Below are positions 1-9,725 of a DNA stretch of 64,000 nt, one piece after another. The notes under the pieces are model-generated. The model was not told where the DNA came from. It saw only the letters and a program-made list of their open reading frames with translations, and ran no database searches. Within the stretch, counting starts at the first letter, position 1, and every line of letters starts with the position of its first letter. The DNA is from an uncultured Chloroflexia bacterium (GTDB taxonomy: Bacteria; Chloroflexota; Limnocylindria; Limnocylindrales; CSP1-4). The stretch is taken from assembly GCA_963763775.1 (NCBI GenBank), contig CAVXPZ010000004.1, forward strand, positions 576,001-640,000. Reading direction: 5' to 3'. Both the position numbers and the translations under genes were made by a program.

Positions 1-667
1 GCAGCTGGCCGAGACCGATCGGGGTCAGCACGATCGTCCCGCCGAGCGACGCCCACGCCGTCAGCACCAGCGGCGAGTGGCGGCGCAGGAAGCGCGCCCC
101 GAAGGCGGTGTAGAGCGCCCAGCAGAACGCCGCGCCGAGGGTCATCGCGAACCCGACCGGGGACCCCGTGAGCTCGATGCCGACACCACCCGCCACGACG
201 ATGACGACGCCGATGAACGACAGCCCCACGCCGATCCCGCGTTGTCGCGACAGGGTGTCGACCCCGATGGCGGCCGCGATCACGGCGGTCAGGACCGGAG
301 CGGAGGCGATGAGCAGCGCCGAGTCGCCGGCCGGGGTGGTCTGCAGCCCCACGGTCCACAGGATCTGGTACACGCCGAACCCGAGGCCGCCGAGGACGAC
401 GATGCGGATCGCATCCGGGTGGGGCAGTCGGATCGACCCTTCCTGCCAGCGGAGGAACGCGAAGAGGGCGAGCGTCGCCACGGAGTACCGCAGGAACGTG
501 AACGCGACCGGCGGCATGACCGTGATCACGTCCTTGACCACGATGAAGTTCGCGGCCCAGACCACCATCACGCCGAGGACCGCGAGTTCCGCCATGCGGC
601 GGTCGGCAGACGCGCCGACGCCCGCCGGTGGACCGGCGGGCGTCGAGGTCACCTGATCCGTGGCCAC
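1..667 (-). CDS. EamA/DMT family transporter (3' end runs off window)
   Basis: Own translation of the minus strand: ...MAELAVLGVMVVWAANFIVVKDVITVMPPVAFTFLRY...GFGVYQILWTVGLQTTPAGDSALL, a typical EamA repeat. Start (GTG 667 or 652) uncertain. Confidence 0.85.
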   Translation of the reverse strand, partial: MATDQVTSTPAGPPAGVGASADRRMAELAVLGVMVVWAANFIVVKDVITVMPPVAFTFLRYSVATLALFAFLRWQEGSIRLPHPDAIRIVVLGGLGFGVYQILWTVGLQTTPAGDSALLIASAPVLTAVIAAAIGVDTLSRQRGIGVGLSFIGVVIVVAGGVGIELTGSPVGFAMTLGAAFCWALYTAFGARFLRRHSPLVLTAWASLGGTIVLTPIGLGQL

Positions 668-699
668 CGCCGGGTCGGCAGTGGCGTCGACCGAGTCGA

Positions 700-855
700 T
701 CAGACGCCCTCGCTATCGAGTTCGAGGATCTCTTCGTCCGCCTCTTCGGTCAGCTTGAGCCACACGAAGAGGCCCGTGAGCACGGCGAGCGGGATGACGA
801 TGAGCGCCGCCAGGGTGATCCCCAGGGCGACGGCGACGGTCTTGAGGGCCTTCAT
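700..855 (-). CDS. 51-aa single-TM small protein with acidic tail
   Basis: Not in ORF track. MKALKTVAVALGITLAALIVIPLAVLTGLFVWLKLTEEADEEILELDSEGV*, with a GGAGG RBS upstream and GC3-rich codons. Confidence 0.75.
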   Translation of the reverse strand: MKALKTVAVALGITLAALIVIPLAVLTGLFVWLKLTEEADEEILELDSEGV

Positions 856-874
856 GGCACGACCTCCAGTGCGG

Positions 875-1405
875 TTACGACGACGCCGCTGGCTTGGACC
901 CAGGGGCGGGCTCGGGGTAGCGAAGGCTGGGGCCTCTGGCGACCAGCCCGGAGATATCGTCTTTCGTGAACTCGGTCAGCTGATGGTGGTTGCCGCCCTG
1001 GCCGGAGAGCAGCAGGCGGACGACGAAGGCCCCGTCCTGCTCGAAGAAGAACACGTCGCTCGGCTTCTGCTCGTCGATGTAGCGGCCCATCACCCGGAAC
1101 GCCGTCTCGTAGCGCCCGGCGGTGTGCGGCGGCGGAGGTGGTGTCCGGCCCCGGCGGGCGGCGGCCTCTTCCATGAACCGCGCGATGTCGTCGTCGACGA
1201 AGGTCAGCGTCTCCTTGACGAGCGTGCCCATCGTGTCGCTCCAGGTCCCCGAGCTGCTCCCGGAGATGACCAGGCCCTGCACGATGAAGCCATCCGGCGC
1301 CTCGACCAGGAGGACGTCACGCATCCCGCGCTGATCGATGAACGCGCCGATGCTGCGAAAGACCTCCTCGAAGTCCTGGCGTGGACTCCCCTCGTAGATC
1401 CGCAT
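875..1405 (-). CDS. hypothetical protein with internal two-fold repeat
   Basis: MRIYEGSPRQDFEEVFRSIGAFID..., the C-terminal part of ORF 875..2338. GAGGA RBS before ATG 1405. Confidence 0.8.
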   Translation of the reverse strand: MRIYEGSPRQDFEEVFRSIGAFIDQRGMRDVLLVEAPDGFIVQGLVISGSSSGTWSDTMGTLVKETLTFVDDDIARFMEEAAARRGRTPPPPPHTAGRYETAFRVMGRYIDEQKPSDVFFFEQDGAFVVRLLLSGQGGNHHQLTEFTKDDISGLVARGPSLRYPEPAPGSKPAASS

Positions 1406-1422
1406 GCGGGTCAGTTCCTCCG

Positions 1423-2391
1423 TCAGGAACCGGTCGTCCGATCCAGAAGGCCGCGATCCTTGGCGCGGCGCTCGCTGGAACGGAAGATGCCGGTGGCCGC
1501 GAGTGTAACCAGCCCCCCGGTCACGAGCAAGGCGATGACGATGGTCTGACCGTCCGGCGACGCGGTTCCGGTGACACTGGTCCACACACTCCCGGCGCCG
1601 CCGATGCCCGAGGTCCCGCCTGGGAAGACGGCCAGCCGGACGCCCTCGATCCACCATGCCAGTGGGTTCATCAGACCGACGACCTGGAGCGCATCGGGCA
1701 GCACCGCGAGCGGGAAGACGGCGCCGCTCACCAGGAACAGCGCACCGGCGACGGCCTCCGGGTAGTGCCACGCCTCCTGGCGCGTCTGGAGACAGACCGC
1801 GGCCATCAGGACGCCGATGGCGATGATCGACGCGATGCCCAGGGGCATCACGATCAGCAACAACGGCCAGGCGATGGCCGAGACATCGAACTGGACTCCC
1901 AGCAGGAGGACCCCGATCGCGATCGTGATCGTGGCGCCCATCGCGCCGACCGCGATGCGGGCGATGCCCCGCCCGAGCAGCACGACGAGGAAGTCGCTCG
2001 GACTGACGTAGACGTACTTGAGCATCCGATACCGCTCGCGGTCGTCGAGGATCGACCACGCGAGACCGGCGATGCCCGCGAGGACGAACGACCACAGTGC
2101 GGTCCCGACGACGACGAACCCGCGGTAGGCCGGATCGGTGCCACCGCTCACGATGTCCAGGATGACGACGAGGATCAGCGCGGCCGCGACGGGCTTCATG
2201 ACCGAGTAGATGAAGAAGAGGTACGGGTCCGTCCAGTTGGCCTCCATCTGCCAGCCAAGCTGGGCCGCGGTCCGGAAGCTCTGCCATTGCGCCCCGATCC
2301 CCAGGTCCTTGGCACGCGATCGATCGAAGCCACCCCATTCCGGTGATCCGAGACCCGATCCCCCTGGTTCGGCGGCAGGGGTCGCGTTCAT
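1423..2391 (-). CDS. ABC-2 type transporter permease
   Basis: Multi-TM protein with LVSGAVFPLAVLP..NPLAWWIEGVR motif. ATGA overlap with upstream permease. Confidence 0.85.
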   Translation of the reverse strand: MNATPAAEPGGSGLGSPEWGGFDRSRAKDLGIGAQWQSFRTAAQLGWQMEANWTDPYLFFIYSVMKPVAAALILVVILDIVSGGTDPAYRGFVVVGTALWSFVLAGIAGLAWSILDDRERYRMLKYVYVSPSDFLVVLLGRGIARIAVGAMGATITIAIGVLLLGVQFDVSAIAWPLLLIVMPLGIASIIAIGVLMAAVCLQTRQEAWHYPEAVAGALFLVSGAVFPLAVLPDALQVVGLMNPLAWWIEGVRLAVFPGGTSGIGGAGSVWTSVTGTASPDGQTIVIALLVTGGLVTLAATGIFRSSERRAKDRGLLDRTTGS

Positions 2392-3266
2392 TGCCATCGG
2401 AGCGACAGGCGGCCGTCGCGCCGTGCGCGTTGCTCCATGGCCCGCAGCATCCAGCGGGCGGACAGCAGGAAGACGACGGTCATCACGACGAGGATGAGGG
2501 CCTCGATCTCGGGTGATGGCGTCCCGAAGGCGATGTCCCCGTCCGTGAAGGCGAGCTGCCGCATCGCGTCGAGGCCGACCGCGAGTGGGATCACGGCGAT
2601 GGCCAGCGCTCCGAGCATCCCGAGACGCCCGACGGGGAAGCTCAGACCGGATACGAAGTAGACGGGCTCCGTGAAGAGCTCCGTCATCTGCTGTGCCTCG
2701 CGACCCCAGACGAGGAACAGGCTGGCCAGCATCATGCCAAGGCCGTAGAGCGCCGAGAGGGTCAGCACGAAGACCGCGACGAGCAACCACGGCTGCTCGA
2801 TCGAGAAGACGACCTGGAAGACGAGGGAGGCCACGACGAGGATCATCGTCGCGCGCACCGCGCTCATCACCATGCCGCCGAGCGCCATGCCGAACAGGAT
2901 CGCCATGATGTCGATCGGGGCCGCGAAGTAGAGCTCGAGATTGCCCTGGCTCTTCTCCCAATAGAGCTGGCTGGCCATCATCCAGATGACGTTGAGCCAG
3001 AACGCGGTCATCGCTCCCCCAAGGACCACGAACCCGACATATTCCTGCGGCGCCTGGAGCGATCGGTAGACGAAGACGAACGCGGAGGTCGCGAGCAACG
3101 GCAGGAGGAGCTCGAAGAACAGCCACGACGGCTCGCGGAACATCCCGGAGACGCGCGGATAGGCGCGTCCGCCGACCGCCCGAAGGTCAGTGAAGAAGGC
3201 TTGTCGGCGCGTCCAGGTCGCGGCTTCGGCAGGGCTCGCCGTCGGACGGAATTCGTAGACCGACAT
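2388..3266 (-). CDS. ABC-2 type transporter permease
   Basis: MSVYEFRP..., YWEKSQGNLELYFAAP and VSGLSFPV..PLAVGLDAMR motifs. Overlaps the ATPase stop (TGATG). Confidence 0.85.
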   Translation of the reverse strand: MSVYEFRPTASPAEAATWTRRQAFFTDLRAVGGRAYPRVSGMFREPSWLFFELLLPLLATSAFVFVYRSLQAPQEYVGFVVLGGAMTAFWLNVIWMMASQLYWEKSQGNLELYFAAPIDIMAILFGMALGGMVMSAVRATMILVVASLVFQVVFSIEQPWLLVAVFVLTLSALYGLGMMLASLFLVWGREAQQMTELFTEPVYFVSGLSFPVGRLGMLGALAIAVIPLAVGLDAMRQLAFTDGDIAFGTPSPEIEALILVVMTVVFLLSARWMLRAMEQRARRDGRLSLRWQ

Positions 3267-4387
3267 CAGACGATCTCCCGCTCGTCGGGCTCGCCGGGCT
3301 CGTGTGGGGTCGGATCGGCCGTTCGAGCGGATGGCGCGCGATCCTCGGGAGCGCCGGCGCCGTCGGTGCCTCCTTCGTCGTCGAACCCTCGTCCGACGAG
3401 CTCGACGAACACGTCCTCCAGCGACGGCTCCGACTTCTGGAGCGCGAGGATGTGCGAACCGAGACGGGACAGGGCGATGACGACGCCACCAAGGGCGCCG
3501 TCCTCCTCGAGCACGAGATTGAGACTGACGCTCTGGCGATCGGTGGGGCCGCCATCCTCGGCCGTGGGCGCCGCAGAGACGACGCCGGGCAGACGAGCGA
3601 GGTCGGCGATGCTGCCGTCGAGGCGGTCGAGCTCGAGGCGGAAGATCGACTCTCGCTGGACACGCCGCTTCAACGCTTCGGGCGATCCGATCGCCAGGAT
3701 CCGGCCGTGGTCCACGATGGCGATCCGCTCGCAGAGCTCGTCCGCTTCGGCCATGTAGTGCGTGGTCAGGAGGACGGTCCGGCCCGGGACCGCGGCCTTC
3801 CAGGCGATCACCAGCTCGCGAACGGACCGCGCGGCGGCCACGTCCAGCCCGAGCGTCGGCTCGTCGAGGAACAGGATCCACGGGTCGTTGAGGAGTCCTC
3901 GGGCGAAGTTCATCTTCTGGCGCTGCCCGGTGGAGAGCGTGCTGACCCGCTGCTGCGCCTGGTCACTGAAGCCGATCGCCTCGATCAGTTCGTCCACGCG
4001 CCGCCAGCCGTCCTTGCGCGGCAATCCGTAGAACTGGCTGAACATCCAGAGTTGCTCGCGCACGGTCAGGATCCCGTACCCGGACTGCTCGCCGCCCGCG
4101 ACCATGTTCATGATCCTGCGGATCTTCTTGACCTCGGTGGCGACATCGAATCCGAAGATCCTCGCCGTCCCTTCGGTCGGGAGCAGCAGCGTCGAGAGGA
4201 TCTTGATCAAGGTGGTCTTGCCGGCGCCGTTGGGCCCGAGCAGGCCGAAGAACTCGCCTGGCGCGACCTCGAGGTCGACGCCGTCGAGGGCGACGACCGA
4301 TGTCGGCTTGACGTTGTAGACGCGGCGGACGCCACGCGCTTCGATGGCCGGTGGTCCGGACGTGACGGACCCGGGCGAAACGGACAT
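3266..4387 (-). CDS. ABC transporter ATP-binding protein (DrrA-like exporter)
   Basis: Walker A GPNGAGKT, signature LSTGQ, Walker B LFLDEPT, TTHYM. Confidence 0.92.
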   Translation of the reverse strand: MSVSPGSVTSGPPAIEARGVRRVYNVKPTSVVALDGVDLEVAPGEFFGLLGPNGAGKTTLIKILSTLLLPTEGTARIFGFDVATEVKKIRRIMNMVAGGEQSGYGILTVREQLWMFSQFYGLPRKDGWRRVDELIEAIGFSDQAQQRVSTLSTGQRQKMNFARGLLNDPWILFLDEPTLGLDVAAARSVRELVIAWKAAVPGRTVLLTTHYMAEADELCERIAIVDHGRILAIGSPEALKRRVQRESIFRLELDRLDGSIADLARLPGVVSAAPTAEDGGPTDRQSVSLNLVLEEDGALGGVVIALSRLGSHILALQKSEPSLEDVFVELVGRGFDDEGGTDGAGAPEDRAPSARTADPTPHEPGEPDEREIV

Positions 4388-4523
4388 ACGGGTCCCCGGA
4401 AGCGAGCACCTGGAAGGCCCGAAGTCTACCACCCCGTCGTCGCCGAGAGAAGCCCGCGGTCGAATGTCCGGAAGATATCAATCGAACACGGACGGTCGCT
4501 GCCAAGCCCGCCCGGGCGAGGGT

Positions 4524-5468
4524 TCAGCGCTCGGCGAGTCGCGCCGCGAGATCCCCCGCGACGCGGGCGTCGTTGACGATCAGGGCCGTGTTGGCCCGGA
4601 GGGAAGCGCCTTCCGTGAGCGCCGCGATCCTTGCCAGCAGCCACGGGGTCAGCGCCGGGCCGCCGATGCCGGCCGCCGCCGCCTCGACCACGGCCTGCTC
4701 GACGACCGCCCTCGCGACGTCGTCGGGGAGGGCCACGTCCGCCGGGACCGGCACGCAGACGAGCACGGCACCCCCGAGTCCGAGGCCCAGATGCGTCGCC
4801 ACGAGGTCGGCGGCCGCGACGACATCCGCGACGCTCGCCGGTGCCCGAACGCCCGAGGAGCGAGCGTAGAACCCCGGGAGCTCGTCCTGTCCGACGGCCA
4901 CGACCGGGACCCCGCGCGTCTCGAGATACTCGAGCGTCGCGGGAACGTCGAGGATCGCTTTCGGCCCCGCGCACACCACGGCCATCGGGGTCCGGCCGAG
5001 CTCTTCGAGGTCGGACGAGATGTCGAACGTGGGGGCGGACGCTGACCCCGGGACGCCGAGGGCGCCGCGATGGACGCCGCCGATCCCGCCGGTGGCGAAG
5101 ACGCGGATCCCCGCCGCGTGCGCCGCGATCATCGTGGCCGACACGGTCGTGGCCGCCCAGCCGCCAGCGATGATCGCCGCGGCAAGACTGGGCCTTGCCG
5201 CCTTCCGAACCGAGCCTTCAGGGGCGGTCGCCAGCGCCTCGAGGCTCGCCTCGTCGAGGCCGACCAGGAGTCGACCGTCATGGATCGCGACCGTGGCCGG
5301 GGTCGCGCCGGCGTCCCGGACCGCGGCCTCGGAGGCCCGCGCCACCTCGAGGTTCGCGGGATATGGCAGGCCGTGGCTGATCAGCGTGGACTCGAGCGCC
5401 ACGACCGGCCGGCCGGCCGCGAGGGCGGCGCCGACGTCCGTGGCGATGTCGAGTCGGTCGGTGAGCAT
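4524..5468 (-). CDS. psuG: pseudouridine-5'-phosphate glycosidase
   Basis: VVALESTLISHGLPYP, ATTVSATM, VFATGGIGGVHRG, DISSDLEEL, TPWLLARI motifs. Confidence 0.93.
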   Translation of the reverse strand: MLTDRLDIATDVGAALAAGRPVVALESTLISHGLPYPANLEVARASEAAVRDAGATPATVAIHDGRLLVGLDEASLEALATAPEGSVRKAARPSLAAAIIAGGWAATTVSATMIAAHAAGIRVFATGGIGGVHRGALGVPGSASAPTFDISSDLEELGRTPMAVVCAGPKAILDVPATLEYLETRGVPVVAVGQDELPGFYARSSGVRAPASVADVVAAADLVATHLGLGLGGAVLVCVPVPADVALPDDVARAVVEQAVVEAAAAGIGGPALTPWLLARIAALTEGASLRANTALIVNDARVAGDLAARLAER

Positions 5469-5488
5469 CGCGGGCAAGGGTACGTCGG

Positions 5489-6481
5489 TCAGCCGAGCGC
5501 CAGTTCCGGCCGCGCCGCCGTCAGCTGCCGCGCCGCCGCGCGGTGTCCCGCGAGCGCGGCGCGCTGGAGCGATGCGGGCAACGAGCGGCCCGCGGCCCGC
5601 GCGGCGAACCAGCCCACGAGGAACCCCGCATCGAAGGCGTCGCCCGCGCCGGTCGTGTCGGCGGCCGCGATCTGGACCGTCGCGACCTCGAAGCGGAGGG
5701 GCGCGGCATCGGCTCGGGCCAGGACGGTCGCGCCCTTCGGGCCGCGCTTGACGACGGCCACGGCCGCGAACTCGAGCAGACCCTCGATGGCCTGTCCGCC
5801 GAGGAGCGCCTCCGCCTCGGTCGCGGTGGCCAGGATCAGGTCCGGAGCGATGTCGGCGAGGAGGGTGCGTGCGGCGCGACGGCCACCGGCGAGGAGCGGG
5901 CCGATGGAAGCCAGGTCGATGCTGACCATCGCGCCGGCGGCGCGCGCCAGCTCGACGGCTCGGCGGCCCGCTGACCCGAGCGGCTCGCCCAGGAGCGAGT
6001 ACGCGGGCATGTGCAACGCATCGGCGCCGGTGAACCAGCCGGCCTGGAGGTCGTCCGGACGGAGCAGGTCGGCGGCGCCGCGGTCCGCGACGAACGACCG
6101 TTCGCCGTCCGGGCTGACGAGGACCCCGATGCGGCCGGTGCGGGCGCCGGCGACGCGGGCCACGCGTGGCGTCACGTGATCGGCACGGAGCGTGGCCACG
6201 AGCGCGCGGCCCGCGGCGTCGCGCCCGACGGCCGAGATCAGGCTGGACCGTGCCCCGAGACGGCCGAGCCAGCGCGCGGTGTTCGCCGCCGACCCGCCGG
6301 CGACGAGCGCGACATGGCCGGGAACGTCCGTGCCCGCCTCGAGCGATCGCGATGGCGCGAGGACGACGTCGACCATGAGGTCGCCGAGCACCACGATCCG
6401 TGCCGTCCCGCTCGGCGGGCGCCGGGTCGGCCGGTGCGGTCGCTGGGGTCGATGGGGCCGAGGCGGCCGGAGCCGGGGCAT
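5489..6481 (-). CDS. PfkB family carbohydrate kinase (probable pseudouridine kinase)
   Basis: GGSAANTA and DTTGAGDAF PfkB signatures. Directly upstream of psuG. Confidence 0.85.
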   Translation of the reverse strand: MPRLRPPRPHRPQRPHRPTRRPPSGTARIVVLGDLMVDVVLAPSRSLEAGTDVPGHVALVAGGSAANTARWLGRLGARSSLISAVGRDAAGRALVATLRADHVTPRVARVAGARTGRIGVLVSPDGERSFVADRGAADLLRPDDLQAGWFTGADALHMPAYSLLGEPLGSAGRRAVELARAAGAMVSIDLASIGPLLAGGRRAARTLLADIAPDLILATATEAEALLGGQAIEGLLEFAAVAVVKRGPKGATVLARADAAPLRFEVATVQIAAADTTGAGDAFDAGFLVGWFAARAAGRSLPASLQRAALAGHRAAARQLTAARPELALG

Positions 6482-6609
6482 GGACACGATGGTAGCGGCG
6501 GGCGAGGCGGGCCGGGCGGGCCGGGCGGGTCTCACGGCGGACCGCGGAGCCGGACCTACAATGGCCACTCCGACCCTGCCCAGCCGTGCTGCCGGAGTGA
6601 TGACCCTCG
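6482..6609. promoter_or_regulatory. divergent promoter region pfkB/tkt
   Basis: TACAAT (+, 6557-6562) before tkt. TACCAT (-, 6494-6489) 7 nt before the pfkB ATG. Confidence 0.55.
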
Positions 6610-8730
6610 ATGACCACCGTGACCCCCGACCTCGACCGACTCGCCATCGACACCATCCGGACGCTCTCGATCGACGGCGTCCAGCAGGCGAATTCCGGGC
6701 ATCCGGGCGCCCCGATGGGTGCGGCCCCGATGGCCTTCACGATCTGGACCCGGTTCCTGCGGCATGCCCCCACGGACCCGACGTGGCCGGATCGCGACCG
6801 GTTCGTGCTCAGCGCGGGCCACGCGAGCATGTTGCTGTACTCGCTCCTGCACCTGACGGGGTACGACGTCACGCTCGACGACCTCAAGTCGTTCCGCCAG
6901 TGGGGCAGCCGCACCCCCGGCCACCCGGAGTACGGCCTCACCGCGGGCGTCGAGGCGACGACCGGACCGCTGGGCCAGGGACTCTCGAACGCCGTCGGGA
7001 TGGCGATCGCCGAACGGCGCCTGGCCGAGGAGTTCAACCGGGACGGCCACGAGATCGTCGATCACTGGACGTATGTCATCGCCTCTGACGGCGACCTCCA
7101 GGAAGGCATCGCGTCGGAGGCGTGCAGCCTTGCGGGGCACCTCCGGCTCGGCAAGCTCGTGGTGCTCTACGACGACAACCACATCCAGCTCGACGGCCCG
7201 ACGGCGATGGCCTGGTCCGAGGACGTCGTGGCGCGGTTCGCCGCCTACGGCTGGGATGCGCGTCGCGTCGAGGACGGCAACGATGTCGGCGCGATCGAGG
7301 CCGCCATCGAAGCGGCTCGCGCGGATGACCGGCCGAGCCTGATCGCCGTCCGGACGCACATCGGGTTCGGCAGCCCGAACAAGCACGACAGCCAGAAGGC
7401 CCACGGCGCGCCGCTGGGCGCCGACGAGGTCCGCCTCACGAAGGAGGCCTACGGCTGGGACCCGGACAAGACGTTCTACGAGCCCGAGGCCGCACTCGCG
7501 CTGTTCCGCGCCGCCATCCCCGAGGGCGAGCAGCGGGTCGCCGAGTGGACCATCCGGTTCGAGGCGTATGCCGCCGCGCACCCGGATCTCGCCGCGGCCT
7601 TCCGCCGCCGGCAGTCGGGCGAGCTCGCCGACGGCTGGGACGCGGACCTCAAGGTCTACGAGACGGGCTCCGAGGTCGCGACGCGCAACGCGAGCCAGGA
7701 CGCCATCCAGTCCCTCGCCGCCCGTGTCCCCGAGCTCTTCGGCGGCGCCGCGGACCTGTCGGAATCGAACTTGACGGACGTCAAGGGCGAGGCGAACTTC
7801 GAGGCCGACGTGGCCGGCCGCAACCTCCGCTTCGGCGTCCGCGAGCACGCGATGGGCGGGGTCGCCAACGGCATCGCGTATCACGGCGGCTTCATCCCGT
7901 ACGTCGCGACGTTCCTCACGTTCAGCGACTACATGCGCGGATCCGTGCGCCTCTCGGCGCTTGCCGGCCTGCATGTCATCGACGTGTGGACCCACGACTC
8001 CGTGGGTCTCGGCGAGGACGGGCCCACGCACCAGCCGGTCGAGCACTACGCCGCGCTGCGCGCGATCCCGAACCTCTGGTTCATCCGTCCGGGCGACGCG
8101 AACGAGACGGCCGCCGCGTGGGCACTCGCAACCGAACGACGCAACGGGCCGGTGGCGCTCGCGCTGACCCGGCAGAAGCTCCCGACCTTGCCTCGCACGG
8201 ACACATTGGCGCGTGACGGCGTCGCCCGAGGCGGGTACGTGTTGCGCGAGGCGTCGGGCGGGACGCCGTCGCTCATCCTCATCGGGACGGGTTCCGAGCT
8301 CCAGCTGGCGTTCTTCGCGGCCGAGGCGCTCGAGGCCGACGGGATCCCGACGCGGGTCGTCTCGCTCCCGTGCTGGGAGCGTTTCGAGGCCCAGGACGCG
8401 GCCTATCGCGAGGCGGTCCTGCCACCGGCCGTTCGCAAGCGCGTCAGCGTCGAGATCGGGGTCACGCTCGGGTGGGACCGCTGGGTGGGCGACGAGGGCG
8501 CGATCATCGGGCTCGACCACTTCGGCGCGTCCGCACCGGCGGGGACCATCTTCGAGCACTTCGGGTTCACGGTCGAGCGCGTCGCCGACGTCGGCCGCCG
8601 CGTGGTCCGCGAGGGCCTGCGCGGGCGAGTCCCGACGCTGGACGGCGGGCACTTCGGCCACCATCCGACGATCGAGGCCGGCGACGCCGGCGTCAGTCGA
8701 ACAGGCGCGTCGGATCCGGGACACAGCTAG
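6610..8730 (+). CDS. tkt: transketolase
   Basis: [45 protein letters not shown]. Confidence 0.98.
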   Translation: MTTVTPDLDRLAIDTIRTLSIDGVQQANSGHPGAPMGAAPMAFTIWTRFLRHAPTDPTWPDRDRFVLSAGHASMLLYSLLHLTGYDVTLDDLKSFRQWGSRTPGHPEYGLTAGVEATTGPLGQGLSNAVGMAIAERRLAEEFNRDGHEIVDHWTYVIASDGDLQEGIASEACSLAGHLRLGKLVVLYDDNHIQLDGPTAMAWSEDVVARFAAYGWDARRVEDGNDVGAIEAAIEAARADDRPSLIAVRTHIGFGSPNKHDSQKAHGAPLGADEVRLTKEAYGWDPDKTFYEPEAALALFRAAIPEGEQRVAEWTIRFEAYAAAHPDLAAAFRRRQSGELADGWDADLKVYETGSEVATRNASQDAIQSLAARVPELFGGAADLSESNLTDVKGEANFEADVAGRNLRFGVREHAMGGVANGIAYHGGFIPYVATFLTFSDYMRGSVRLSALAGLHVIDVWTHDSVGLGEDGPTHQPVEHYAALRAIPNLWFIRPGDANETAAAWALATERRNGPVALALTRQKLPTLPRTDTLARDGVARGGYVLREASGGTPSLILIGTGSELQLAFFAAEALEADGIPTRVVSLPCWERFEAQDAAYREAVLPPAVRKRVSVEIGVTLGWDRWVGDEGAIIGLDHFGASAPAGTIFEHFGFTVERVADVGRRVVREGLRGRVPTLDGGHFGHHPTIEAGDAGVSRTGASDPGHS

Positions 8731-8744
8731 GCCGATCGACCGTG

Positions 8745-8771
8745 GCGCAACGATTTCCGTTGCGCTAGACT
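8745..8771 (+). promoter_or_regulatory. inverted-repeat operator plus -10 box of TA operon
   Basis: GCGCAACG-ATTTC-CGTTGCGC (8745-8765) abutting TAGACT (8766-8771), 6 nt before the antitoxin ATG. Confidence 0.7.
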
Positions 8772-8777
8772 CGGCGC

Positions 8778-9110
8778 ATGGCGATCGCGACCGCGGACCG
8801 CGTCCGCTCCCTGGTCGAGGACTTCGGCGGCCAAGCCGAGGTCGCGCGCGCGCTCGGCGTCGACCGGTCCCGTGTCACCCGCTGGCTGCGCGACGCGGCC
8901 CCGGACGCCGAGAACCGACGCAAGCTCGAGTCGATCGAGTTCGCGATGGCGCGCCTCCTCCAGACCTTCCATCGCGAGACCGCCGTCTCGTGGCTGTACG
9001 GCCTGAACGCGCATCTCGGGGATCGCCGCCCGATCGATCTGCTGGCCGCCGGCCGGGTCTCCGAGGTCCTCGCCGCCATCGAGGCCGAGGAGACCGGCGC
9101 CTACGCCTAG
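8778..9110 (+). CDS. Xre/MbcA/ParS-family antitoxin
   Basis: N-terminal HTH (QAEVARALGVDRSRVTRW) and C-terminal WLYGLNAHLGDRRPIDLL motif. Confidence 0.88.
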   Translation: MAIATADRVRSLVEDFGGQAEVARALGVDRSRVTRWLRDAAPDAENRRKLESIEFAMARLLQTFHRETAVSWLYGLNAHLGDRRPIDLLAAGRVSEVLAAIEAEETGAYA

Positions 9111-9134
9111 CCGCACGGGCTCGCGGATCGGTCG

Positions 9135-9725
9135 ATGACGCTCTATCGCGTCTTCCCATGGGCGCCCCGTCGACTCGTCCGCCCCCTCGACGTGCCGCGC
9201 GAACGGCAAGGCGCGAACCGCCACGACAACCCCGATCGGTACACGGCGCTGTACCTCTCTCGCGAGGCCGAGAGCGCCGTCGCCGAGGCGATCCAGGCCT
9301 TCCGGGGGCGGACCCTCGCCGATGCCGACCTGGAGCGTGTCGACGGTCGCCGCCTCGCCCTGGCCGTCCTCGACGACTCGGCCGTGCCGCCGCTCGTCGA
9401 CCTCGACGACCCCGCGGTGCTGGTCGCCCGGGCGTGGCGCCCGTCTCAGGTCGCGACGCGCCACCGCGAGACCACCCAGGCCATGGCGCGAGCGTTGTTC
9501 GACGACGGAGCGGCCGGCTGCACGTGGTGGTCGGCGCTGGAGGCGTCGTGGACGAACGTGACCTTGTTCGGCGGCCGGGCCGGGCCGCTGGCGCTCGCGG
9601 GACCGGTCGAACCGTTGTCGGTGATGCACCCGAGCCTCATCGCCGCCGCGGACCGTCTCGGGGTCAGGCTGGCGGCGACCCCCCAGACGTCCCCGCCGTC
9701 GCCGACGCCACGATCTCGAGGATGA
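9135..9725 (+). CDS. RES-domain toxin
   Basis: LYRV...NRHDNP...ALYLS...AVAE...WWSA (R, E, S residues). Follows the antitoxin. Confidence 0.85.
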   Translation: MTLYRVFPWAPRRLVRPLDVPRERQGANRHDNPDRYTALYLSREAESAVAEAIQAFRGRTLADADLERVDGRRLALAVLDDSAVPPLVDLDDPAVLVARAWRPSQVATRHRETTQAMARALFDDGAAGCTWWSALEASWTNVTLFGGRAGPLALAGPVEPLSVMHPSLIAAADRLGVRLAATPQTSPPSPTPRSRG

